Source: Lophium mytilinum
Lineage: Eukaryota
NCBI GenBank assembly: GCA_010093605.1
Contig: MU004183.1
Location: 868,001-932,000 of the forward strand
Reading direction: 5' to 3'
DNA: 64,000 nucleotides
Positions within the stretch are counted from its first letter, which is position 1; every line of letters starts with the position of its first letter. Below, in pieces: positions 23,500 through 34,994 of the stretch. The notes beneath the pieces were generated by a model, which saw only the letters and a program-made list of their open reading frames with translations, ran no database searches and was not told where the DNA came from. The translations under genes were made by a program, and so were the position numbers.

Positions 23500-25375
23500 T
23501 TAAATCTATATAGCTTCTTAGTAAACTTTATAGCTATTCTATTTAATATTTCTAGCTATATAGTTTTATAATATGCCTTTAAGCTTCTATTTATTATCTA
23601 ATAGAGAAAATCTATATTTTAAGCCTAATTTATTACTACCTAGGCCGCCTACTACTAGTGCTAGTATAAACTAGCGTTTTATATACTATTAACTTTCTAA
23701 TAAAAAAATACCTCTAGTATATCTATATTCTCCTCTTTAGAGTATACTAGGCTTAAGCTCTTTAGTTAGTAAAGTTCTATAGTAGCCGGGGTATAAGTTA
23801 AGAGCGCTAGTAGTAGAGAAGAAGAAAGAGAAGGTATAAATATAGGCGTAGGTGCCGGCGCATATAGAAATACTAGATACCTAGTAGAAATATATAGATT
23901 TAGTAGATAATAAAGTAGTAGAAAAGAGAGAGAATAGTAGCTATACTACTACTATTAAGGCTATAACTAAGGCTATAACTAAGACTATAATAGAGGCTAC
24001 TATATACTTAAAAATCTCTTAGCTATAGCTATTATCTATTATATACTACTAAACTCTATAGTCTACTTTATTATTACCTTAATATTATCTATAGTACTTA
24101 CTATCTACTATACTTTTATTATCTTTACTAGCTAATAATATTCTAAATCTATAGGTCTATTTATTTAAAGCTTCTTTAATAATTTAATTAGAGGCACTAA
24201 TATAGTAGCCTTACTATATACTATAGTATTAGCCTATACCTTCTACTACTTAGTAAGTATAATAAAGTGCTTACTACTATTAAGAAAGTAGTAGCTATTA
24301 AAGTTACTATACTCTTTATTAGTATACTTCTAATACTATATTAGGTCTATATTATAGTCTCTTATATTAGTAATTCTACTTATTATAGCTTTATACTACT
24401 ATAGCAGCTTCCTACTATAACTCTTAGGCGTAGCTATAGCTAGTAAGAACTTAGGCGTAATTAACTTTCTAGATAGATTAGATAGAACTTTATATATAAA
24501 TAGAAGCGCTATAGTATTCTTTTAGAAGACTATTTACTTTATATTAAGGGCTATAAATAATCTATTAAAAGAGAATATAGAGAAGTTATCTATATTATAT
24601 ATTTATATACCGCCTTTACTATTTAAAGTATATAGTACTATAGTATAGAAAGTAATAATATACTCTATCTAGTAGTTACTATTAGCCTGCACCTTTATAA
24701 CTAGCTTATTAAGTTCTAGCTTAATATTATTACTAGAGAGGCTAAACTATATTTTTATATCTACTATCTTACTACCCGCCTTCTTCTTATTAATAAATAG
24801 CTAGAATAATAGATTAATATTATAGTCTAGAGAACTAGTAGATATTAGTAGTAATATTAATACTATATACTTATAGCGCGCTAGAGTACTAAAAGTAGAA
24901 GAGAATATAAAGAGTAGTACTCTACCTCTATTTAGTAGTAATAATAGTAGTAGGCCTAGTATAGAGTTATAACTATTTTAAATCTTTTTATTTTATACTA
25001 CTTCTTCTTACTACTATACTATCTTCTTTTACTATTACGCTACCTCCTCTTATACCGCGCGCTATCTATCTATTACTATAGCCTTACGCGTAGCCTTTTT
25101 AGCTACTTAAGCCTTATACTATAGTCTATTCTTTCTTTCTCTTACTATTTTAGCTAAAAGATTTATATCTAGTCTTATAGTAGCTTTAATAGTAGCTTAG
25201 CTATTATTAAAGTATATATACTTCTCTCTCTATTTAGTAGTCTATATATTCTCTAGTATAACTCTAAGTAATTCTATAAAAGTATCTACTTCTTCTCTTT
25301 CTTCTCTTTTTTCTCTTCCTCCTCTTTCTCTACCTTCTCTAGCCGCCGGCGGGTCTCTAGAGCGTTAGGTATTAT
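23500..25375 (-). pseudogene. RIP-destroyed cargo ORF of the transposon (coiled-coil plus Cys/His domain; boundaries approximate)
   Basis: De-RIPped minus strand gives a K/E/Q-rich N-terminus and WKCTxKECSNFNGYCFLDGGKHF..QQKVWANAI.HGEAT..PP at ~24332-24190. Confidence 0.55.
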
Positions 25376-25727
25376 TATTAAAAGTTATACTATATTAAGA
25401 ATATTATAGTAGTACTAGAATACTAGAAATTATTAGTATATAAGCTTTAATATATATATAAGAGGCCTTACTAGTAGCTAATATAGATATATTAAAAAGT
25501 AGTTAAAAATTAATATATAACCTATCTAATAATCCTAGGCGCGCGCTTATAAAATTAGGGGGGGTGCACAGAGAAAAACGCTAAGGAATGTACTCCGTTT
25601 TGAATACGACAAATCGGCGCCGGGAAGCCCCGTGCACCCAGCCCCTGTCACTTCCCGACGTTTCTTTGCACGAGCTCGCTCTGTGAACACCTCACTCCTT
25701 CACCATCGCCGCTCCATACAGAGCCCA

Positions 25728-26205
25728 ATGTCCCGCGAAATGGCATTGCAAGCATACAGACACCTCCTGCGTTCCACGCGCATCGCCTTCCAAGGTCCGT
25801 AGTGCCCTGATGCCACCTTTATCCCGGTATTAAGAGCTCACATGCTATGCAGGGGACATCAATACACTCAGCGCAGCGCGATTCGAGGCGCGGAGACAGT
25901 TTGATTCGAACCGCAGCATCTCGTCCGGAAGTGAGGATGCGGTGGGCAAGATAGCGCAGGCGCAGGAAATCGCGAAATTCCTTCGGGAGAACGTGGTGCA
26001 GGGCGAGAAGACCGATGCCGAGGCGGAGAACTACAGTATGTCGAGACAGCGTTACAATTATTATTGATGATATTCTGGGGAAAGGATTCTAATTGAGGTT
26101 CTAGAGCTGCGGATACACGAGCACACGGAGAGAGGCAATAACGACGACATCAAGACGGCAGGGAAAGGAAACACATTAGCAGGAGTGAAATGCTGTCAAT
26201 CATAA
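25728..26205 (+). CDS. MZM1: Mitochondrial zinc maintenance protein 1 (LYR motif, LYRM7)
   Basis: Missed by the ORF track; exons 25728-25794, 25853-26035, 26105-26205: MALQAYRHLLRSTRIAFQGD..FLRENVVQG..YKLRIHEHTERGNND. Confidence 0.92.
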
Positions 26206-26370
26206 CTTTTATCTTCCTGGATTTTGATGTGATATCTATACATAATGGAGCACGCTCGGGAATGCCAAATCACTGCGACTGCCTTGATATGGTCCATTCC
26301 TAGGCGCCAAAGAACGCCTGGCTTGATCAAAGAACCCAACTGAACGCTGGATGTGAACAGTATGCCACCC

Positions 26371-27510
26371 TCAATTTCCTGCCAGACTGGCGTACTGGAC
26401 GACGTCATCTCCACCTGGCGGCGGCGCAATAGCAGCCAAGCTGTCGAGGTCTTCTTCCGGTGGAGCGGCTAAAGCTCCCCTCGCACCACCAGACCCCCGC
26501 TGTGATACTGCAGGTGCGGCAGCAGTCCTGCCCGCTCTCGCATATTGCATCCTCTCATCCCGATCCAGTGTATCCAGCGGCTTTGGCTTGCCCCACTGCA
26601 CTCGCAATGGGCAACCTTTTATCACCGCTTTCCCTTGACACGCCTCCGCGGCAGTCTCAGCGCCTTGCCTGGTTGTGTAATTTAAGAAAGCGCAATGCGC
26701 CCGATGAGAGCATACGACGGATCGTAGGGTGCCAAATTGTGTGAAGTGCTTGCGGATTTCATGCTCGGGTAGGTCGTCCTCGACGCCGGTGACGAAGAGA
26801 GATGTGATGTTGGGATCCTGCGGAGGTCGAATATCCTCTTCGCTCGGTGGCAGTTGAGCAGCGCTGGGGAATCGTCCCCCTCGACCTCCGCCGCGACCTC
26901 CTCTACCTGCCCCTCGAGAACCTGGTGTCCCTCGCGTCCGTATCGGCCCTGGCATATGTCCACCTCCTTCTCCACCGGAAGCTGGGAGAGCTTTCTGGCC
27001 ACTCTCCGCAGTCTCGCTCTCTTCTAACCTTCGCTGCTTCTTATAGTAGGGCTCGCTGTTCGCCAGCCGCCTCAGCAGCTCCCTCGCCTTCTCATCTGTC
27101 TTCTCGTATGCCTCGACAGCTCCACGACCTTCCTCAATCTCCTTCTCGTGTTCCTGCGCGTAGTATTCGCGGTTGATGGCGCTCTCCGGGCCCGGCGCAA
27201 CCATCTTCAGCGCCGCATCTCTCACGACGATGGGCAGGCCGAAGGACAAATCCAGCATGCAGCACTGGCAGCAGTTCTTGAGGCGCGCACATGTCAGACA
27301 GATGACGGTCCGCTTTTGGCGGGCGGTGCGGTCCGCCTTCCAGCGAAAGACAGTGAAGGGGCGGGTGCAGATCTTGCACTCGGCGCCGTGGTCTTCCTTC
27401 AGCATCTGCACGAAAGGGTTGTCCGGCAGGCAACGCTCGCATACGGAGGGGAAGTCGGTCGACTCCCAGCCCGACCGGTTCAGGTCCTGTTTGATCGCGC
27501 CAGTGGCCAT
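26371..27510 (-). CDS. SLT11: Pre-mRNA splicing factor Slt11/Ecm2 (RBM22)
   Basis: WESTDFPSVCERCL, ECKICTRPFTVFRW, CARLKNCCQCCMLDL, C-terminal RRM. Confidence 0.95.
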   Translation of the reverse strand: MATGAIKQDLNRSGWESTDFPSVCERCLPDNPFVQMLKEDHGAECKICTRPFTVFRWKADRTARQKRTVICLTCARLKNCCQCCMLDLSFGLPIVVRDAALKMVAPGPESAINREYYAQEHEKEIEEGRGAVEAYEKTDEKARELLRRLANSEPYYKKQRRLEESETAESGQKALPASGGEGGGHMPGPIRTRGTPGSRGAGRGGRGGGRGGRFPSAAQLPPSEEDIRPPQDPNITSLFVTGVEDDLPEHEIRKHFTQFGTLRSVVCSHRAHCAFLNYTTRQGAETAAEACQGKAVIKGCPLRVQWGKPKPLDTLDRDERMQYARAGRTAAAPAVSQRGSGGARGALAAPPEEDLDSLAAIAPPPGGDDVVQYASLAGN

Positions 27511-27784
27511 GGCGGCGGTGAGAGGGCGATGTCCGCGGGGTTTCTATGCGAGCGGGATAAGTAGAAACACGGAGAGACTCGGAGTAGGTGTGGTGGTACG
27601 GGGTAGGCGCGTGAGGTGTTTCTGCAGGTCTGTGCGAGTGGAGTCGCTGAGCAGCGCACGGCGTAACAGGCGGTGTCGTCGCAAGCAGACGGTGAATAGG
27701 CTTCCTAGGTTGGGTTGCGGAGATGTTGGCGTCGGAGGCGAAATGGATTTCATAGCGCGGCGTGCATGAGCGCGGAAGGTGCAA

Positions 27785-27827
27785 CCAATCAGCGACTGCC
27801 CTGTACGGCAAATCCCCTTTCACGTGA
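27785..27827 (+). promoter_or_regulatory. CCAAT box and TCACGTGA E-box upstream of ERG6
   Basis: CCAAT at 27785-27789, palindromic TCACGTGA at 27820-27827, TATA-like at ~27946. Confidence 0.45.
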
Positions 27828-28036
27828 CTTGACCATCGCCGTCCCCCTGTCAGGGACGAATTAGCTCTCCACCATAAAGTCCACGGCGTTTCTCTCTCAA
27901 CAAAAGACGGACTCCGCTTCTCACCTCAGCCCGGACTCTGCTGCTATAATATATACACTCTCTCCCTGCCATATTCTCAGCAATCATACGCCCATCATCT
28001 GTAGTAAAAAACCCCACACCCACCAATCACACCACA

Positions 28037-29374
28037 ATGTCTCCCATTGCGCTTGAACAGGAGGACCACGTCCGCGATGCCGCCTTCCACAAGGCTCTGC
28101 ACGGCAAGTCTGGCAAGGAACGCGCTGGCTTCCTCGCCATGATGAAGAAGGACAAGATTGCCCAGGCGGCCGCCGTTGACGAGTACTTCAAGCACTGGGA
28201 CAACAAGGCCGCTGAAGTCGAGACCGACGAGACCCGCAAGGTACTACACATAGACCACCAGGCCCAGTATACAACTAACAATCGACTTCACAGGCACGGA
28301 GAGACGAATACGCCACTTTGACCAGGCAGTAAGTGCTTCCGCTGTCTTGCGCCGTCTCAATTGCTAAATGGCCTCCTTAGTTACTACAACCTCGCCACCG
28401 ATCTCTACGAGTACGGATGGGGACAGTCGTTCCATTTCTGCCGCTTCGCATACGGCGAGCCCTTCGGCCAGGCCATTGCCCGCCACGAGCACTACCTCGC
28501 CCACGTCATGGGCCTCCGCGACAACATGCGCGTGCTGGACGTTGGATGCGGTGTGGGTGGCCCAGCCCGGGAGATGGTCAAGTTCTCCGGCTGCAACGTC
28601 ATTGGATTGAACAACAACGACTACCAAATTGAGCGCGCGACACAGTATGCGGCGAAGGAGGGTCTGTCGGACAAGCTCAAGTTCACCAAGGGTGACTTCA
28701 TGGTACGTCCAATACCGCATAGATGCAATTGAGCCCATACTAACTCAACACAGCAAATGTCCTTCCCCGAAAACTCCTTCGACGCCGTCTACGCCATCGA
28801 GGCCACCGTGCACGCCCCCTCCCTCGAGGGCATCTACAGCCAAATCTTCCGGGTGCTCAAGCCCGGCGGCGTCTTCGGCGTCTACGAGTGGTTGATGACG
28901 GAGAACTACGACAATGACAACCCGCGGCACCGCGAGATCCGCCTCGGCATCGAGCAAGGCGACGGCATCTCTAACATGGAGAAGATCTCGGTCGCCATTG
29001 ACGCCATCAAGGCCGCCGGCTTCGAGATGGAGATGCACGAGGACCTCGCGGACCGCGACGACCCCATGCCCTGGTACTGGCCCATTGCCGGCGACCTCAA
29101 GTACATGAGCTCGCTCATGGACTTCCCCACCGTCGTCCGCATGACCAAGATCGGCCGCAGCATCGTGCACAAGTTCGTCGGCGGGCTCGAGATGATCGGC
29201 ATTGCGCCCCGCGGCACCCAGAAGACGGCGGACTCGTTGGCCGTGGCTGCTGACTGCCTCGTTGCTGGTGGCAAGGAGAAGCTCTTCACACCCATGTACC
29301 TCATGGTTGCGCGGAAGCCGTTGGATGCTGCCACTGCTCTCCTCCAGGACCCCACGATCCCGGTAGAGGTTTAG
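28037..29374 (+). CDS. ERG6: Sterol 24-C-methyltransferase
   Basis: Exons 28037-28240, 28294-28328, 28381-28702, 28754-29374; [35 protein letters not shown]. Confidence 0.97.
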
Positions 29375-30061
29375 ACACCTTCCGTTCTCTTTCAATTGTT
29401 CTACTAGTTTCCTTTATTCGTATGTTCAGCGTCCAAGTCTGTCTGTTAGTTATAGACTGGGCATTTTTAGACTGGGAGCTATCGAAAAGCGCTCCCGTTC
29501 TTTGCGCGGTCGAGCCTGCAGTTTCCGCGGCTCTTGGCAACGCGCGCCCCTTTTCTTTGAAGAGAGGGGTTTTTGGTTGTGTTCCAATGCATAGTTCAGG
29601 GCCTGGTGGCCTTGGAGTGGGAGTATGGTTGTATGGATGGACGCGGGCAAGGATAGGTTATATACAGGATCGGAGATGTAGTAATGGATTGACTGATAAC
29701 TGAACTGAGTATCCTCACGCATTTCTTTTTCAGCGCTGTGAAGCAAAAACCCAGTCTCCCACCCTACCAACTTATATCGACACCAACGCTCTTCTAATCA
29801 TCCATCTCCACCAACGTTCACAAACGCCTCTCACACCACCTCCATCCCCCCTCTTCCCCCAACTCCCTCGCCTCTACCTTCATATCGTCGCGATCAAACC
29901 CTACTCAGCAACCCACCAAGAACGAAAACAGCTATGGAACAAAGTGTAAGCTCGTCAAAGAGTCCGCCTACCCCGCAAGCGCCTCCAAGGAAACAAGTTG
30001 TGAACATAGAACGTAAATCAGTTCTTATATACAGCCAGCAGACAAAACTAGCCAGGATTGC

Positions 30062-30142
30062 TGACTCATCAGCGCTAGTCGTTTTAATCGACTCGGTAGT
30101 GGGGCGTTATAGTCGATTAAAACGACTAGCGCTGATGAGTCA
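30062..30142. repeat. Perfect 32-bp inverted repeat with 17-nt spacer
   Basis: TGACTCATCAGCGCTAGTCGTTTTAATCGACT (30062-30093) and its exact reverse complement (30111-30142). Confidence 0.95.
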
Positions 30143-30786
30143 TGCCAGTGCGTGTTGTGCACAGGGAGGGGTGGAATGCGTTTCGGGGTGCACATTATTG
30201 CGTGCCAGTTAGTTGTTAGCGGTCCGATTGCTCAATGTTGGAAGGGGAGGGAGGTTGGGGTCTCGGGATGTCGAAGGGGTTGAGTGGGAAAGGGCTAGAT
30301 AGCGGTAGGAGTGATCTGGTAGTCCTACCCGTTATACTTTAGGAGGAATTCGCCGTATGTGGGCACGGCGTAGGGGGGTGGGGTGAGGGAGTGAGTAGGT
30401 AGTGGCGGGCTCCAGTTGCATGCTAGTGGTATGCCGTTAGGCTGTGCGGTTGTTTTATCGCTTAGGACTCGAGAGGTTGATATAGATGTTACCGAGATAT
30501 GAGTACATGGGAAACCAGAAAGCGATATCAAGAGGAAGACCGGCTGAAGCAGGCTTGAGACATGATACAGAACCAAAAAGAGACATCTAAATCGTCAGCG
30601 GGCATCCGAAATCGTAAACTTCGTTCCGTCTTCAGAAACAGTATATTGACCTCGTAAGAATCTGGACACAAGCGACGTCAGCACGTTGATAGCGAAAGGA
30701 TAGACCCAATAACAAGAGCCTGCTTTAACTGTTCTGGCTTCTCAAGCGGACGATGCTCACCCAACACAGCCCGTTTCCCTGATTAT

Positions 30787-32198
30787 TCATTGGAAACCAG
30801 AGCAATCCACATCCTCTTCAGCTCCCTTTAACGTCCTCACACCCATATACCTCAACTCCCCAATCGCGAGATCGAGTTCGTTCTTCGCTGCATCAAACCC
30901 CTTTAACGACAAGTCAGCATCCAAATTCTCCTCGAACCTAAACAGCTCCTCCAACCCACTCCTTCCCCACCCAGCACAACCCAACCATCAATCTCAGGAT
31001 TAAAGAAAAAAACACTCACCTCACACCCCTCCTCCTCGTCCACCTCCTTATCTAACTCCTCATCCACCTCCTCCCACTCCGCCCAACTCCCAACCAACCC
31101 CACACTCTCCAGCTGCGCAAACTCCCTCCTCCGCTGAATAACCCCCCACAACAAATCAAACGCATGCGCACAACCCTCCACCCTAACCCTCAACCTCCTC
31201 AAACTCCGCGGCAGCAAGCCCTCCAAAATCTCCGCCTCGACATCCGGCCAACACAGCTCCAAGCTCTCGACCCCACACGCCTCCGCCCTCAGCAACCCAT
31301 TCAACCTCGCCAACGTCGGAAAACTCGGCGTACTCACCACACACATCCTTAGACTCCTCAAACTCGCCCCATGCGCGTCCGCGAGCGCTGTCAAGAGCGA
31401 TGGCGTGAGCACCGACAAACTCGCTGACGCTTCCCGGACCGAGAACGCGGTCAACGGGGGGAATGTTGCTAGAGCGGCCGCAAGAGCCTTCTCGTCGCTG
31501 TTGAGGAGGTGGCGCTGGCCGTACGGTCGTGAGGCGTGGGAGACGTCTTCCGTGACGAGTTCGACCTCCGTGAGGGAAGAGAGGTGAGCTAGCGCAGTGA
31601 AAGCGTGTGCCGTGTGTTGGTCGCCGAAGCCGACGAGGCGGATAGAGCGGAGGTGCTGCAGGGAGTGGAGGAAGGAGAAATGCTGGATGTCCTCGTGCAG
31701 GGTCAGGTGGCTGATTTTGGGGCTACAGTGTGCGAGGAGCCCGCAGAACGCGCGGAGGAACTCCCGGTAGAGGTACGACTGTAGCTGGTGTGGTTTCGAG
31801 CGTGCGATGGTGAGGTTGCGGAGGCCCGGCAGCTGTTGGAACGCGAGGGTGATGCCTTCGAGTTCCTGCTCATATAGTTCCCAGCAAAGGATGCCGGGGA
31901 GGGGTGATAGGGTGAGGAGGGGGGTGAGGTCGATGTCTTGGAGGTGGAGAGTGATGGCGGAGACGTGGTGGAGGTGTTGGCGTTGGACTAGACCAAGCCA
32001 TCTGGCGAGGCTGGACTGTGAGGAGAAGGTCAACGGCCTCTTGAAGAGCAAGGGGTAGGATTCGGTGTATATCTGCCGGCAGACGCGCAGGAGGTTGATG
32101 TCACTGTTGGGCGCTAGAAGGGCCGCGGCGTATATTTGCTCTCGTAGCTCTGCGGGGAGGCATAGGATCGGGAAAGGCTGCAGTGTGCAGGAAGACAT
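30787..32198 (-). CDS. F-box-like protein with LRR-like repeats
   Basis: PFPILCLPAELREQIY, LLRVCRQIY, repeated LxxLxL; intron 31019-30901 leads to a last exon ending TGA at 30787. Confidence 0.78.
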
Positions 32199-34994
32199 AG
32201 CTTAGACAGTATAGGATCAAGATATCAATAGTCACTGCGAGGAAAGAGGCAAACTAATTGGAGATGGATTCGAGCGGTTGGACGCAGACTGCGAAGAGAA
32301 GGGATGGCAGTATGAGGATAGCAAGGCAGATGGAAACAAACCGGGGGATATGAGGGGACGACTCGGCACGACTACCAATATTGATAAGCCGAAACACGAC
32401 GGCAGCTGAACGTCAGGCAACCCCTTGACAGCCACACCTTGCCGCCCGAAGGCGCCATAATGACAAGATCAAGATCTCAAGCCAATCAAGCTAGCGTGAC
32501 TACCAGGTGACCATTCCCCAACTACTTTAATTCCCGTAGAGGAAGGCTCGTGATGCTGGGGTAGAAGACTCGAGTCCCATGGTGTCGAACGCCACGACAG
32601 GCAAGAGGACCCTGAATTGGAAAAGCCATACCCGCAGCTAGGACCAGCACCAGCTAATCGCACAAGTAATCACCCCAGAAGGTTTGCTAGTCGAGGAAAG
32701 AGGAAGGAAACGCAGGGTTCATGAACTTCGAGTGAAGACTCATGCATATTGAGACTAGGAACCCACGCCGATGGCGTTTTGAGGCGCGGGAAAAACGGCA
32801 AAATCGTGACGGCTGAAGAACAAGCACTTCGAGAATAACGAATTGCCGCTAACGGGGCCACGGCGATGGGATAACAGGAGTTAGAAGCTGGTAGAGTGCA
32901 TGCATATCTGCATGGCGTGGTGGGACTTGGCTTGAGAAATAAGTGAACACTGACCAAACCTAAGCAAGCGGTGCAGTTGCACGAGGCACGCGGCGGCCAT
33001 TGGGCTCCGCGGCATGTCGCCTGTCTGATCTGGAGAAGCTCGGTAGAGCTGGTGTGGGTGATGGACGCACAAGACGCTACGGCTTGGCCGCCAAACGGGG
33101 TCAACGCATGTAGTCGTGAGGGATATCGTACGATGTCAGACCATATTCTTCCCATTCTTCAAGCCATTGACGCGATCCAGTGACTTCTACATCCAAGTTG
33201 GGCAAAGGTCCCAACCCGGCGACAATGTAACAGGTTGGCTAGCCGTCCTGCGTCGACGCCGTTGTCGACGCGAGGAACGTTTGCATCGTGCCCCCTGCGG
33301 CTGGAGAAGGCCTTCTGCGGGCCGAGAGACGGGTCCATAACGGACATGACCGGCAAGCGGTGCGCGCAACGGGGGTAAAACTCGCAAGGGCCCTGTTCCG
33401 TGGCCGGATCCCGATTGCAGGCCAGAATTCGGCATACCGAGCATGTCCGAGTAGGACGAGCCGACCCTAGATCGGTGAGCAAGAAGCGAGACGACGTGCT
33501 GGGGAAGGTGTAGACTGAGGCCGTATGCTAGCTCTCGCGTCCGACAGCCACTGGTTGCTGGCGGATGGGGAGGTGGGTAGTTCAACACCAGTGCGATGCA
33601 GGCAAACGCTCGATGGCAGTCTCCAAGCCAAGTACGTCACGATCGAAGGGTCTGAGCGGTCCGATTGGCATCTTGCAGGATATGAGTGTGTGCAGAAGGG
33701 GAAGCTTGGAACAGAGAGTGGTGTCAGAATGGGAGGAGGTGCGGGCAGCTGAAGAGAGACCGTTGGCTTGGGGGTTCAAGGTGCTGCATCTAGACCGCAG
33801 CTTTTCTAGAACCACCATCTGCCCTTTAGGCCTTCTAGCGCCCCGGCATCCCTACCGACCACGCGAGAGCCCGGAGATTCTGGCAGATCGCACTCGGCCC
33901 GCATACACTGCAGCCCGCTAGCCGTAAACGGCCGAGTATTTGGCATCGTGTTCGGGACGACGACAGTCTGGAAAAGAAACCCAATCTCTCACCGGATTCC
34001 ACAGCCCAGACCTTCATGCTCGCAGCTCTTGTACTCATCTACCGTTCGCATTTGCCGCCTCCGGGTCCTAATCCTACACAGCATGCAGGCGTAATAGCGT
34101 TTACCGGCACCGAGTGTATTCTTGTGACACCTGGGCGTTGGGCGGAGATCTTCGGGCCCAGGCCTGCCAGTCTTGACGCCTCCACGCTGTGCCGCAGAAG
34201 CCACAGCATCCATTCACAAATGGCATTCATTTCCCCAGTCGGAGCTCTGCCCGTCTAGCAGCCTCATACGACACCGCGCCACAGTGGAGTGATTGTTGCA
34301 GACGCCGGAGAGCTTGACATATGCACTCGAGCCCGATCCAGATGCTAAGGCATGTGCTGTATTGCATCTTGAAATGAGAAAAAGTCAGAATAGTCTCTCA
34401 TCTGCGGTAGCGTCCCCGTGGTGAGGTAGTGATGCAGTAGCACGGCTGTGAGACTATGTTACCAGACCGAAGCGACGGGAGAGGCAGTAAGAGGCCGCAG
34501 AAGGCTGCGATATGTCCGGCTGTGGAACACTGGAAGCGTGTGGTGGCCACGTGTGATGGCTCTCCAAGCGAAGTAGATCAGTGCATGAGATGAGACGCAT
34601 AACATGGTAGTGGGCAGCTGAGAGAGGCATTTTCTCGCAGAACGGGTTGCTCGTTACGCTCAGAATGGCTGGAAAGAAGCGAGAGCGGCGTGCAGCCCGC
34701 GGCAACTACAGACGAGCTGGCTGCACGATGAGCAAAGTTACGCCAACTTCCTCTTCTTCCTGCACCCTATCACCGCGTATTTGCTTTTCACACGAACCTG
34801 TCCACGCACTTCAATCACTCAAATCAGTCCGAAATCGGCCCGCGCTCCTGCATGAGTTGACAATTATTGACCGCTATGCTGCCGCGACCAAGAAATGAAA
34901 CCTTCCGAACAAACAGGCGCATTAAAAGTACAGTCCAAGCACCCTACACATTGACAAACCAATTGATCTTTTGATACAGTATGAACCCCCACCC

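Larger units (their letters stand above)
20097..25590. mobile_element. RIP-inactivated large Tc1/mariner (DD34E) DNA transposon with ~180-bp TIRs
   Basis: Extremely AT/TpA-rich; CATTCCTTGGCG.. (20097 to ~20274) is the reverse complement of ~25414-25590; TA at 20095-96 and 25591-92; contains an N gap at 22809-22818. Confidence 0.9.

Noticed and set aside
20097..25590. AT-rich block as centromere, NUMT or Starship
   Set aside because: TpA excess, TIRs and a DD34E relic explain it as a RIPped DNA transposon; no tyrosine recombinase or mitochondrial genes seen
32230..34900. Many short ORFs between the F-box-like gene and PDB1
   Set aside because: No recognisable domain or consistent splice model; treated as regulatory/UTR sequence
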